Positions 9,714-18,574 of a stretch of 62,626 nt of DNA are shown piece after piece. The stretch comes from Candidatus Bathyarchaeia archaeon (GTDB lineage: Archaea > Thermoproteota > Bathyarchaeia > Bathyarchaeales > Bathycorpusculaceae): NCBI GenBank assembly GCA_050012755.1, contig JBEKGO010000008.1, positions 1 to 62,626 of the forward strand, written 5' to 3'. Numbering within the stretch: the first letter of the stretch is position 1; each line of letters begins with the position of its first letter. The notes under the pieces are model-generated. The model was not told where the DNA came from and did no database searches. It was given only the letters and a program-made list of their open reading frames with translations. The position numbers and the translations under genes were made by a program.

Positions 9714-10966
9714 TTCAACGTCGCCTGAACCGTGAAGAGTCTAGTTTAGAGGAGCTTAAACGTTTAGCAGAAGCTGCCGGCTATACCGTTGTTGGAACTT
9801 TAGAACAAACTCGTCCGCCTGATGCACGCTACCAAATAGGCGCTGGAAAGGTGGAAGAACTCACCCAGATGGTCGAGGAAACAGGGGCAGGAAAAGTAAT
9901 TTTTGACAACAACCTGAAAACTCGCCAAACATACAATTTAGCAAAAGCGACAAAAGTCGAAGTTATAGACCGATTCCAACTTATACTTGAAATCTTTACC
10001 CATCGAGCTACTACAACTGAAGCTCAACTTCAGATTCAATTGGCAACTGTTCGAAATGAACTCAAACATGCAAAAGAAAAAGTAAAATTAGCAAAAGGCA
10101 GTGAGCAGCCTGGTTTTATGGGTCTTGGAGCGTACGAAGCAGATGTTTACCGGGACGCCATAAAACGGCAAGTCCAAACTATCCTCAAAAAGCTAACAAA
10201 AATCAGAGAAAAACGGGTTCTTCATCGGGAGAGGCGAACGGAGCTAGGTTTTTTGACCATTTCCCTTGCTGGATATACGAAGTCTGGCAAAAGCTCGCTA
10301 TTTAACGCTTTAACCGAAGAAACTGTGGAAGTTGACAAAGCGTTATTCACAACTCTTTCAACTACTACGCGTATAGTGGAGTTTTCAAACCGCAAATTCC
10401 TGCTAACGGACACGGTCGGCTTCATAGATCGTTTACCATTAGCTTTGATTGAAGCGTTTCATTCTACTCTTGAAGAAACAATTTTTTCAGACTTGATAAT
10501 ACTGATGCTAGATTTGAGTGAGCCGATGGAAAAAATCGAGATGAAACACAACGTTTGTTTAGAAACAATCGACCGTTTAGGCGCATCAGGCATACCAACC
10601 ATAACCGCGCTTAACAAGATTGACCTGATAAATGATGCCGAACGAGAACAGAAATTGGAATTTCTCAAAGAGAAAACGAAAAATCCCATTCTCATATCTG
10701 CAAAGTGCCAAATAAACCTTGATTTACTGAAAAAGGAAATACTGAAAATTCTTGAGAACTATGTTGAAGCAAAGTTATCCGTTCCGTTAACGGGCAAAAG
10801 TATGCCTTTTATTTCATGGCTTCATGAAAAAACTGATATTACAAAAGAGAATTACACTAATGATTCCATTGAGGTTGTCTTCGGAGCGCCATTAGATTTA
10901 AGTGAGCAAGTAAGAAGAAAAGTGGAAGACTTAAATGGAAAATTCGAAGCAGAACCAAAAAAGTGA
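9698..10966 (+). CDS. hflX: GTPase HflX; probable non-canonical ACG start at 9698 (track start 9851 is internal)
   Basis: DRFQLILEIF, GYTKSGKSSL, LFTTL, DTVGFI, NKID; HflX N-terminal motif LAEAAGYTVV lies in frame upstream of 9851. Confidence 0.93.
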   Translation, partial: TKAVIVQRRLNREESSLEELKRLAEAAGYTVVGTLEQTRPPDARYQIGAGKVEELTQMVEETGAGKVIFDNNLKTRQTYNLAKATKVEVIDRFQLILEIFTHRATTTEAQLQIQLATVRNELKHAKEKVKLAKGSEQPGFMGLGAYEADVYRDAIKRQVQTILKKLTKIREKRVLHRERRTELGFLTISLAGYTKSGKSSLFNALTEETVEVDKALFTTLSTTTRIVEFSNRKFLLTDTVGFIDRLPLALIEAFHSTLEETIFSDLIILMLDLSEPMEKIEMKHNVCLETIDRLGASGIPTITALNKIDLINDAEREQKLEFLKEKTKNPILISAKCQINLDLLKKEILKILENYVEAKLSVPLTGKSMPFISWLHEKTDITKENYTNDSIEVVFGAPLDLSEQVRRKVEDLNGKFEAEPKK

Positions 10967-11522
10967 CTTACCTAAAGTTTTTGTTTTAAGGTGGGGACAT
11001 AGGCCACAGCGAGATGTCCGATTAACTACCCACGTTGCCTTAACCGCAAGGGCACTTTGCGCTTCAGGCTTCATCCTCTCAGACGTAGAAGACTCAAGCA
11101 TAGAACAAACAGTGAAAAAGATAACTGCGCGTTGGGGTGGAAACTTCCAATTTGAGATGGGCGCGTCCTGGAAAAAAGTTGTTAAAGACTGGAAGGATAG
11201 CGGCGGTACTGTGGTCCACTTAACTGCTTATGGAGAAAATATTCAAAAAAGCGATGTACTGAGCCGAATCAAAAGCTCTAGGAAAGATGTTTTAGTTGTG
11301 GTTGGAAGTCAGAAAGTTCCAAGGGAATTCTATTCAAGCAATGTTTCTGATTTTAATGTGGCTGTTGGGAATCAACCGCATTCAGAATGTTCCGCGCTTG
11401 CAATATTTTTAGACAGATTTTTTGAGGGCAAAGAGTTAGAGACAGATTTTGAGAAAGCAAAACTCAAAATTGTCCCCCAAAAGCGGGGCAAAGAAATTAA
11501 AAGTAACCCTGAATTTAGTTAA
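10935..11522 (+). CDS. trm56: tRNA (cytidine(56)-2'-O)-methyltransferase
   Basis: LRWGHRPQRDVRLTTHVALTARA, VVHLTAYG, VGSQKVP, NVAVGNQPHSE. Confidence 0.95.
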   Translation: MENSKQNQKSDLPKVFVLRWGHRPQRDVRLTTHVALTARALCASGFILSDVEDSSIEQTVKKITARWGGNFQFEMGASWKKVVKDWKDSGGTVVHLTAYGENIQKSDVLSRIKSSRKDVLVVVGSQKVPREFYSSNVSDFNVAVGNQPHSECSALAIFLDRFFEGKELETDFEKAKLKIVPQKRGKEIKSNPEFS

Positions 11523-11589
11523 TCCTTGTAAGAAGAGTTTTATTGCACCATGTTCCAATAATACAGTATTATTGAAAGGATATTAGACT

Positions 11590-12102
11590 ATGTTATCGAC
11601 GATTGATGATGCAACTTTATTGAAAGTTGCTATGGCGCTTGGAGATCAGGAAGCTGTCATACTTATCGAACATCTTAAAGGCGTGGATGAAATAACTGAC
11701 GACGAAATCGCCAATAAAACTGGCATTCGCCTAAATACTGTCCGCAAGATTCTCTACAAACTGTATGATCACTCGCTTGTAAGTCTTAGAAGGACTCGTG
11801 ACCCAAAAACAGGATGGTTTATTTTTCATTGGAAACTTCAACCCGATCAGTTGGAAGGATTTATTTTAAGTCAAAAACGCCGTGTTCTAGAAAAATTGAA
11901 TGTTCGCTTAGAATATGAAAAGAACCATGACTTCTATTACTGCGGTAGCCCAGAATGTAAACGGGTGCCCTTCGAAGAAGCAGTTGAACTTGTTTTTCAT
12001 TGTTCCAACTGTAGCAAACCTCTTGAGCATTTTGAAAACGAAAAAATGATAGGCAAACTGTCTGAGAAAGTCGATACGTTGAGGAAAGAGCTCGGTGAAT
12101 AA
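11590..12102 (+). CDS. tfe: Transcription factor E alpha
   Basis: TDDEIANKTGIRLNTVRKILYKL winged helix, TGWFIFHW, Zn ribbon FEEAVELVFHCSNC. Confidence 0.93.
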   Translation: MLSTIDDATLLKVAMALGDQEAVILIEHLKGVDEITDDEIANKTGIRLNTVRKILYKLYDHSLVSLRRTRDPKTGWFIFHWKLQPDQLEGFILSQKRRVLEKLNVRLEYEKNHDFYYCGSPECKRVPFEEAVELVFHCSNCSKPLEHFENEKMIGKLSEKVDTLRKELGE

Positions 12103-12619
12103 TAAGCTTCCATCAAGGGAGCAAGCAATAGAACTTCTCCGCGAAAACAATTGCCCGCCAATCGTTATTCGTCACTGTGAAGTAGTTGCAGAACTAGCAT
12201 TAGAAATTGCAGATAGACTTGAAAAGAAAGGCGTGAAAGTGGATCGTGAACTTGTGGAAGTTGGCGCTCTTTTACATGATCTTGGCCGCTCAAAATCCAA
12301 CGGTGTTGACCATGGGGTACTCGGAGCGAATATAGCTTTATCAGCGCATTTGGCTGAGCCATTAGTCAACATAATTAAGAGGCATGTGGGCGGCGGAATT
12401 ACAGCTGACGAAGCCGAAGCATTTGGTTGGCCAAAAGACGTGTATGTGCCCGTCACGTTGGAGGAGAAAATTGTTTCATATGCCGATAAGCTGATTGACC
12501 AGTCGAAGCGGGTTCCAATTGACTTAGAGATAAAGAAACTTCAGAGGGAGCATAAAAATGAACCAGCAGAAAGAATTAGAAAGCTTCATGAAGAAATAAC
12601 TAATTTGTTAGGAAATTAA
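12095..12619 (+). CDS. HD/HDIG-domain metal-dependent phosphohydrolase
   Basis: IRHC, ALLHDLGRS, HGVLGA, RHVGGG, EKIVSYADK. Confidence 0.9.
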   Translation: MNNKLPSREQAIELLRENNCPPIVIRHCEVVAELALEIADRLEKKGVKVDRELVEVGALLHDLGRSKSNGVDHGVLGANIALSAHLAEPLVNIIKRHVGGGITADEAEAFGWPKDVYVPVTLEEKIVSYADKLIDQSKRVPIDLEIKKLQREHKNEPAERIRKLHEEITNLLGN

Positions 12620-12620
12620 C

Positions 12621-13403
12621 ATGACCGACTTAACGCTGCTTGTTAAAACTTCCAGTGCTCGTCAACTCAAACTAATAGATGCCTTGCTAAAATCTGAATT
12701 TGAAAACTTAAGTGTAGACGTAAAGGTTTTAGGAAATTCTGCTGGTAACTGGGTAAAAGTTTCCATTTCCGGAGAAGACGAAGTCATAGCTACAAGCTAC
12801 ATCAACAAGAAAATAGGCACAACCCCCATAAGCACAAAAAAAGTAAACAAGTTTTCTATTTTAAAAGGCTACATCTCCAAAATTAACACTGCAAAGCAAG
12901 AGCTAATTATTGATGTGGGCATTTTTGAGCCAAAGATAATTCAAGCAGCTATACCTTTGGCATATTTACAAGCTCAACTTGCCGACGGCAAAAAACTTGA
13001 TCTGCAAAAAATCTCGGAAATCTTCGGGCTAAGAGAGAATTTACCATTAACCATCAAAGTGACTCGCCTAAATGATGAGGAAAACGAGGTGCTGCAAGCT
13101 GAGTTGTCAGTAGAACAAATTGAAAGAATCCGTTTATGGCAGCAATCTCTTTTGGATAGATTAATTATTTTGGGGGCATCGCAGGGCGAGATAGAAACTG
13201 TGCTTGAACGCACCAGATTGAACAGAGACATAATTGACATTGAAGACTTGGGGATGTTTGAGCATGCTTTAACCTGTAAACTTGGGACTGATGCAGCAGG
13301 GTTAGTTTCTAAAGTGGGTAGATACATGCGAAACTCTCGGTTCATTGTTTTTAACCCAAAAAGATTGTTCGAATGTATCGGTGAGTCGGCATTAACATTA
13401 TAA
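12621..13403 (+). CDS. Conserved archaeal hypothetical protein (DUF2110-like)
   Basis: SGEDEVIA, DVGI, CKLGTDAAGL; typical position after tfe and the HD gene. Confidence 0.75.
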   Translation: MTDLTLLVKTSSARQLKLIDALLKSEFENLSVDVKVLGNSAGNWVKVSISGEDEVIATSYINKKIGTTPISTKKVNKFSILKGYISKINTAKQELIIDVGIFEPKIIQAAIPLAYLQAQLADGKKLDLQKISEIFGLRENLPLTIKVTRLNDEENEVLQAELSVEQIERIRLWQQSLLDRLIILGASQGEIETVLERTRLNRDIIDIEDLGMFEHALTCKLGTDAAGLVSKVGRYMRNSRFIVFNPKRLFECIGESALTL

Positions 13404-13472
13404 ATTGTTCCAACACATGTTATGACAATTCATTATCTGAATAGGATAATTGAGAGAGGGGGAGAAGTTCGT

Positions 13473-13634
13473 ATGAGTCAAGGCGAAGAGCCAAATAGAA
13501 AAAAATGTAGAATTGATATAGGCGCTTATGGCAGTATCGGCGTCGAAGCGCCAACTAAGAAAGAGTGTTTGGAGCTTTTCAACGAGGTCACAAAAACTAA
13601 ACGTGACCAAAGAATAGACGAAGCCATAAGATAA
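13473..13634 (+). CDS. Small hypothetical protein (53 aa)
   Basis: GAGGGGGAG RBS before ATG; MSQGEEPNRKKCRIDIGAYGSIGVEAP. Confidence 0.55.
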   Translation: MSQGEEPNRKKCRIDIGAYGSIGVEAPTKKECLELFNEVTKTKRDQRIDEAIR

Positions 13635-13712
13635 ATAAAGACATAGCAAAAGGTCATCTTGTGTTTTGCACGATCTTTAAGATATCAGTCTACACTTATC
13701 CTTTCTAAATTT

Positions 13713-13814
13713 TTAAAGTACGTCGTGTTCCTCTTTGCAATGCGCCTCATAATCCTTTTTGTTATCGTATACTTCTTGGTCCAAGGGGCACTTGTATTTT
13801 TTATCTTTAGTCAT
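13713..13814 (-). CDS. C2H2-like zinc-finger microprotein (33 aa)
   Basis: MTKDKKYKCPLDQEVYDNKKDYEAHCKEEH; C-terminal part of the 92-aa track ORF. Confidence 0.55.
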   Translation of the reverse strand: MTKDKKYKCPLDQEVYDNKKDYEAHCKEEHDVL

Positions 13815-14009
13815 TTCAGGCTTAGGCACAGTTATACGTGGTCCCGTTTTTTTACATTCGTCAGGCAAATAATTCACCTCCAGGCAAACCCTGTTTCCAA
13901 AACTACTAACTAGGCATCTACAATTACTATTAAAATTATGTGACTGCACCCAAGCACCAATAGCACTTAATAGGTAAGCAATCAAAAACATTATCTTAAA
14001 ATCTTGAAA

Positions 14010-14426
14010 TCAGACCCAAACAATTTTTTTCAAAGCATCTTCAAGCTGACTGAAAGTTTTCACAATCATGTCGGAATGAGCTACAATCCATGGGCTCAAA
14101 CACTCAATTTCTGATACAACAATGATTTTCTTTCCATTGCGTTTTGCGTAAAACATCTCCATGCAAGCTCCAGCCGAGAGTATCGGCATATAAACAATCA
14201 TAATGTCGCATCTGTCAGCATCATCAAGGTCCCTCTTAATAAAATCGAATGTGGGAACTTTATCCCACCAGCATCTCTCATCTCCTTGGTAAAGAATTTT
14301 CTCACGATTCCAAGGATCAATCACATCGAATCCTAATCTCTCAAGGATTTCAGTGACCTGTTTTCTGTAGCCTTGATTTTTTTCCATCCCTAAAATAGGT
14401 CCAGATATGAACGCTTTCTTTTTCAT
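14010..14426 (-). CDS. Nucleoside 2-deoxyribosyltransferase-like protein
   Basis: AFISGPI, DVIDPW, KRDLDDADRCD, SAGACMEMFYA, SPWI. Confidence 0.8.
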   Translation of the reverse strand: MKKKAFISGPILGMEKNQGYRKQVTEILERLGFDVIDPWNREKILYQGDERCWWDKVPTFDFIKRDLDDADRCDIMIVYMPILSAGACMEMFYAKRNGKKIIVVSEIECLSPWIVAHSDMIVKTFSQLEDALKKIVWV

Positions 14427-14553
14427 CTTTTCTAAATCAACCAGAAATAGGACAACGTGCGGTTTTCTTAAACTTTTTCATGAACGTTTGATGTGTTCTA
14501 AGAAATTTGATTCAAATTCTAAAAAAATCCTAACATTTTAGGGATAAAGATAT

Positions 14554-14751
14554 GTGACCAAAATTGTGTATTCATCTCCCACTGTTGTTAATGGCGCTGA
14601 ATATTTCGGCTCCTACGACCACAACTTTTGCGCGGTCGGTCAAGCCTCAGGCAGTAGGTCATGGAATACAGGCATCCCAACAATCGCATACTACATAATT
14701 CCGAAAGTTGCCTTTGGTTGTAATAATCATTGTTGCAGTTATAATGCTTAG
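14554..14751 (+). pseudogene. 3' remnant of a PQQ-like beta-propeller surface protein
   Basis: VYSSPTVVNGAEYFGSYDHN resembles a final propeller blade, followed by a frameshifted TM anchor. Confidence 0.5.
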
Positions 14752-14825
14752 AAAACGGAAATAGCAGGTTCTTGCAATCAGCTTTTTTTATTTTCTATAT
14801 ATTTTTCTTTTTCGCCTTTGCGCTT

Positions 14826-15662
14826 CTAGGATTGAATCTCGAGAGCTAATTTCTTCTTGAAACTATTTGAACATCCAGTTGCGTGGAATATGTAGTCACG
14901 GCAATTGATAGTTTCCTTGTAGGGCTGATAGGGTATGATTCCTCCGCACCACGAACACCTTGGTGTATTATCGTCCACCATCGAGATTCCATGTTCATCG
15001 ATGCTGAAGACGACCCATCTTGTTTGATGCGGTACGCCTTTGATTGAGAATATCCTGAACATCCGAGTAATCTCACAACCCACTTCGTCCAGCCTCATCT
15101 CAAAAATTCCGTCGAACATGCTTTTCACGGTGCTGACGAACATACTATCGTGCGATGTAGGAATCAGGGTGAAAAATGCCAATGCATTCAAGCTTCTCAT
15201 CTTTGCGGTGACTAACTGCAAAAACTTCAAAGTTGTAGTCGGGTCGGACTGAATGGCTAGATTCGTGATAGAGTCAAAGACAAACCGTGGGTTCGATACC
15301 CCTTGGCAAATCTTTTGACAAGCAATCATGACTCCCGTAAGATTGGCTGGGTTAACGGTGACAAAGGGTCCTGCGGCGGTATCGCCGTGTATACGCCAAG
15401 AATAAGCATCAATCATTTTAAGCTCTTCCTTCGCCGTGACCGCAGTCCCAGCGAGTTTCTGAATGGACCGCTGAATTTCAGCGCAATCCACGTCGGTGGA
15501 AAGGTAAATTCCAGTTTCCTTGTTTGCTAAACCTCGGGCTATGAAGGTCTCGCAGAAAACCGTTTTTCCAGCACCAGAATGACCCATAAGCAAGTAAATG
15601 CCACGCGGAATCTCCCCGTCAATCAAGAGGTTTGAACCTGGAAAAACTTCGGCAAAATTCAT
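14826..15662 (-). CDS. RAD55/KaiC-like ATPase with C-terminal TRASH-like metal-binding domain
   Basis: GHSGAGKT Walker A, FVFDSIT Walker B, FDGIFEM, IFSIKG; CSWCG...FHATGC tail. Confidence 0.85.
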   Translation of the reverse strand: MNFAEVFPGSNLLIDGEIPRGIYLLMGHSGAGKTVFCETFIARGLANKETGIYLSTDVDCAEIQRSIQKLAGTAVTAKEELKMIDAYSWRIHGDTAAGPFVTVNPANLTGVMIACQKICQGVSNPRFVFDSITNLAIQSDPTTTLKFLQLVTAKMRSLNALAFFTLIPTSHDSMFVSTVKSMFDGIFEMRLDEVGCEITRMFRIFSIKGVPHQTRWVVFSIDEHGISMVDDNTPRCSWCGGIIPYQPYKETINCRDYIFHATGCSNSFKKKLALEIQS

Positions 15663-15675
15663 TCCGAACAGCGCC

Positions 15676-16005
15676 TCACCGCCTAGCAACCTGACTTACT
15701 GCGGATGGCTGGGGTCCCTTTCGAGCGTCTATTTGTTGCTGAGCAGTCAGAACCCGTCGGACATCAAAATCCACGTGAGACATCCACTTGTGAAGAGAAT
15801 CAAAAACATCCGCTTCCTTGGTAACCTCGTAAACGCAGTAACCACCGCTGCCGTCAACACAGACTCCGAAATCCTTCAACCCGCCGGTAGCTTCCATTTC
15901 TGACTTGACCTCATCAAGCATTATCATCACAAACTTTCCGCGTTCTTCAGGAGACTTGAAAGACTCATTAGGGCTCATTCGCCATCTGACGAAAAACTTG
16001 AACAT
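15676..16005 (-). CDS. DUF3303-like small protein
   Basis: MFKFFVRW...GGLKDFG...GSGGYCVYE; GGAG before ATG at 16005. Confidence 0.65.
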   Translation of the reverse strand: MFKFFVRWRMSPNESFKSPEERGKFVMIMLDEVKSEMEATGGLKDFGVCVDGSGGYCVYEVTKEADVFDSLHKWMSHVDFDVRRVLTAQQQIDARKGPQPSAVSQVARR

Positions 16006-16317
16006 CTCCGATAAACCCCTGCGGCGAATTCTTCTATGCCCTGTAGAAATATATAAGCTTGCGCAAGTCATACGGTCTCTATTTAGTCTCTAAAGAATTA
16101 TCACATCTGTCTTTTTTTCCAATAACGACAGTCTTAACCTTTACAGTTAACCCTGTATACTCGTTTTCGATACTATCTATAGTATACCTTCCTTCCTACT
16201 CCAGTAACCTACATGAAATGTATATGCTGAACCGAGTAAACACTTTTTTGTCCTTTTGGGAGTAGTTTTATCCAGCCTATCCTTCCCAAACATGAAATTA
16301 GCAAGCCTTGGTTTGTT

Positions 16318-16334
16318 GGATTAAATTTTAATCT
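16318..16334. repeat. Palindromic element copy 1 (GGATTAAATTTTAATCT), overlapping the stop codon of the upstream-pointing gene
   Basis: 16/17 match to GGATTAAATTTTAATCC; preceded by TTTGTT. Confidence 0.8.
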
Positions 16335-17721
16335 GTTTTTTCTTTCTAATGAGATAAAGCGAAACTGCCACTATTGAGATTATCGCGACCGCTACGACAA
16401 GAAGTGAAACACTAACTATTCCAAAACCGGAAGTCGGTTGTTGACTTTGCGTGGGGACCTCCCCAGTTGCTTGTTGCAAACTCAACGACGAAACGCCTGT
16501 TGTTGCCAACTGCAGGCTTTGCGCATCTATTTCTGTTACTCGATAAATCCCCCAACCGGCTGGGAACGTCCATGTTCGAACCACATCGTTGGTAGCGTTA
16601 ACTTCAACGATAATCGCGCCTGTTTGGTTGGTTCGGTCTTGTTGGCCGAATTCATGGTCTGGGTCTCCGAACACTGCTAGCCTATCTCCATTGGGCAAAA
16701 TATCAGCGCTTCCCCAATACTGTGTCCAATATGACGTGGGTGCTTCCCAACTCCAGATTTCCCGGGCGGTCATGTTCTGCATGTCCAACGAAATCTCCAG
16801 TATTCTACTGTGTGCATCTAAGGGGTTGGTTTCATTGTGAAAATCATTGTCAAACATTATGAAGATCCCTGGGGCAACTTGAGTAGTGTCATGGCTGTGG
16901 TACCACAAGCTGGAAACCGTGTTCCCCTGTGCATTTACCAAGGTAAAGTTGCCAAACTGACCACATGCCCACATTATGTTGCCTGATGTTTGGTTTATCG
17001 CGTAGAAGGTGTTTGTGTGCCGCAAGTTCAAGTAGATGAGGCTGTCGTTGTAGTCCCATTGAAGGGCATTTGCGTGGGTGAAGTCCACCACGGTTTGTCC
17101 GTTGACTACTGCGGTGTCATTGAAGGGATCTGCCTCGGTGAGAGGTATGTTGCCGTAAGTATCCCAACTCCACAGTATGCTTCCCGTAGCGTTCAGCTCG
17201 TCGACTGTGTCGAAGAGGTAGTTGGTTCCGTTGACGTTTCGCACGTAGTCCCGGAGTGCAAGGAAGGTGTTGTTGACGGGGTCATAACAGAGGTCATGAT
17301 GGCCGTAAACATTGGGAAAATAGGTTGTTTCGTTTGACGCAAAATTCCAGAAAAACGATTCGCTTGCCGCGTTATTGCTTTGAACCATGAGAGTGTCGGG
17401 CGCGATGTACTTGACGGAATTCGCATAACTCGCTATTGGACCAGTTGCTTCCAATAAATTAAGAGCCTGAGTGTTATCGGTTTGCATGACCACTAAGTAA
17501 CTCGCAACAACCTGTTGTAAGTTGCTGGAATTGTATTGGGACACACCGAATGCTATCTCGCCGTTCCAAGCGTTTCCCGTTGTGTCAATTGTGCAGGGCA
17601 CCTCGAAACCGGCAGAGGCTGCGGAATAGCCGATTGGAACTCCCGCTAAAATGGCAAGACAGGCAATAAGCGCAACCGCTTCCAGGAGAATCAGACTTCT
17701 GTTTCTTCTCGACTCAAACAT
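16321..17721 (-). CDS. Secreted, membrane-anchored arylsulfotransferase (ASST)-like beta-propeller protein
   Basis: Signal peptide, GHHD, DFTHANAL, LNLRHTN, YHSHD, MFDN, WGSADILPNGD, IYR; C-terminal TM plus basic tail. Confidence 0.8.
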   Translation of the reverse strand: MFESRRNRSLILLEAVALIACLAILAGVPIGYSAASAGFEVPCTIDTTGNAWNGEIAFGVSQYNSSNLQQVVASYLVVMQTDNTQALNLLEATGPIASYANSVKYIAPDTLMVQSNNAASESFFWNFASNETTYFPNVYGHHDLCYDPVNNTFLALRDYVRNVNGTNYLFDTVDELNATGSILWSWDTYGNIPLTEADPFNDTAVVNGQTVVDFTHANALQWDYNDSLIYLNLRHTNTFYAINQTSGNIMWACGQFGNFTLVNAQGNTVSSLWYHSHDTTQVAPGIFIMFDNDFHNETNPLDAHSRILEISLDMQNMTAREIWSWEAPTSYWTQYWGSADILPNGDRLAVFGDPDHEFGQQDRTNQTGAIIVEVNATNDVVRTWTFPAGWGIYRVTEIDAQSLQLATTGVSSLSLQQATGEVPTQSQQPTSGFGIVSVSLLVVAVAIISIVAVSLYLIRKKKQIKI

Positions 17722-17915
17722 GTGACCACGGTAGCTTTAGTAAACGATGATATTCTTTGCCCTTCAGCGCGCGTTTAGTATATATTTGTTTGCCGTAATT
17801 TCGCCCGAATCCGGCGAACTTTGGTTGAAAAGGAGCATGCTTCACCCTTCTCAGCTAAAATTAGGTATGAAACCGGGTATAATTTTAAGAAACTCCTTGA
17901 TGTCCTTTGCACCAT

Positions 17916-18077
17916 ATGGAAAAGAAACAAGACCGTTTGCAAGCAAGGCTTACCAGAAACCTGATGAGGAAAAGCTCCCTCGATATTGAAATCAACAAAG
18001 AATTTGAAGAACTTAAAATGATCGAGATTGCAGCGGAAATCAGTTCCCAGCAACCGAATTTTGAGAAAAAAGGATAG
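17916..18077 (+). CDS. Small hypothetical helical protein (53 aa, MEKKQDRLQARLTRNLMRKS...)
   Basis: Hand-translated ORF with an AT-rich TATA-like element upstream. Confidence 0.3.
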   Translation: MEKKQDRLQARLTRNLMRKSSLDIEINKEFEELKMIEIAAEISSQQPNFEKKG

Positions 18078-18165
18078 AGGTTTGATTACCTCTTGGTTCT
18101 GTGAGCGCGCGTGCGAGGATAAATCCAGTCGGGACACACCATAGTCTCGAATGCTTCAATTTTGG

Positions 18166-18340
18166 TTAGATAGCTGCTAGTCTTGGTATCCACTCTTTTC
18201 TTTCGTGCCTAAGGTTCTTCGCGAAAAGCAGTGCTTCTTCGCTAATCAATTCATCAATGGTTTGTTTAATTCCATGCTTGATTCTTGCAACGTCAACCTG
18301 CGGTCAAAGAAACGTTTAAGTTTTCGGCTAAGCTGACAGC
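18166..18340 (-). pseudogene. cas1: 3' remnant of solo Cas1/casposase-like gene (copy A, frameshifted at its 5' end)
   Basis: Translates QVDVARIKHGIKQTIDELISEEALLFAKNLRHERKEWIPRLAAI*, matching the C-terminus I recall for archaeal solo Cas1. Confidence 0.7.
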
Positions 18341-18508
18341 CTAGCAGAAGGCTTGAATGGTCTTTTTGACAGCATAGTTGACGTTGAAAGAATTAAACAC
18401 GGCAAAAGACAGACAATTGATACTCTGATAAATGAAGAAGCTTTGTTATTTGGGAAGTATCTGAGAAACGAAAAGAAAGAATGGATTCCAAGACTTTCAG
18501 CTATCTAA
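18332..18508 (+). pseudogene. cas1: 3' remnant of solo Cas1/casposase-like gene (copy B)
   Basis: Translates ADSLAEGLNGLFDSIVDVERIKHGKRQTIDTLINEEALLFGKYLRNEKKEWIPRLSAI*; in-frame stop just upstream, no catalytic domain. Confidence 0.72.
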
Positions 18509-18574
18509 TTTTTTCTTAATATCGTTATACAAGTTATGAATATTTTAAATATTAGCTAAAGCAAAAACAATCTT

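Noticed and set aside
14500-14545. AT-rich palindromes AATTTGATTCAAATT and TCCTAA...TTAGGGA
   Set aside because: Do not match the element consensus; may be chance or a local operator
16075-16310. Possible decayed minus-strand gene (RYTIDSIENEYTGLTVKVK)
   Set aside because: Interrupted by stops and the family cannot be identified
17775-18137. 120-aa minus-strand ORF and the overlapping 80-aa plus-strand ORF
   Set aside because: No recognisable motifs and atypical composition; probably shadow ORFs
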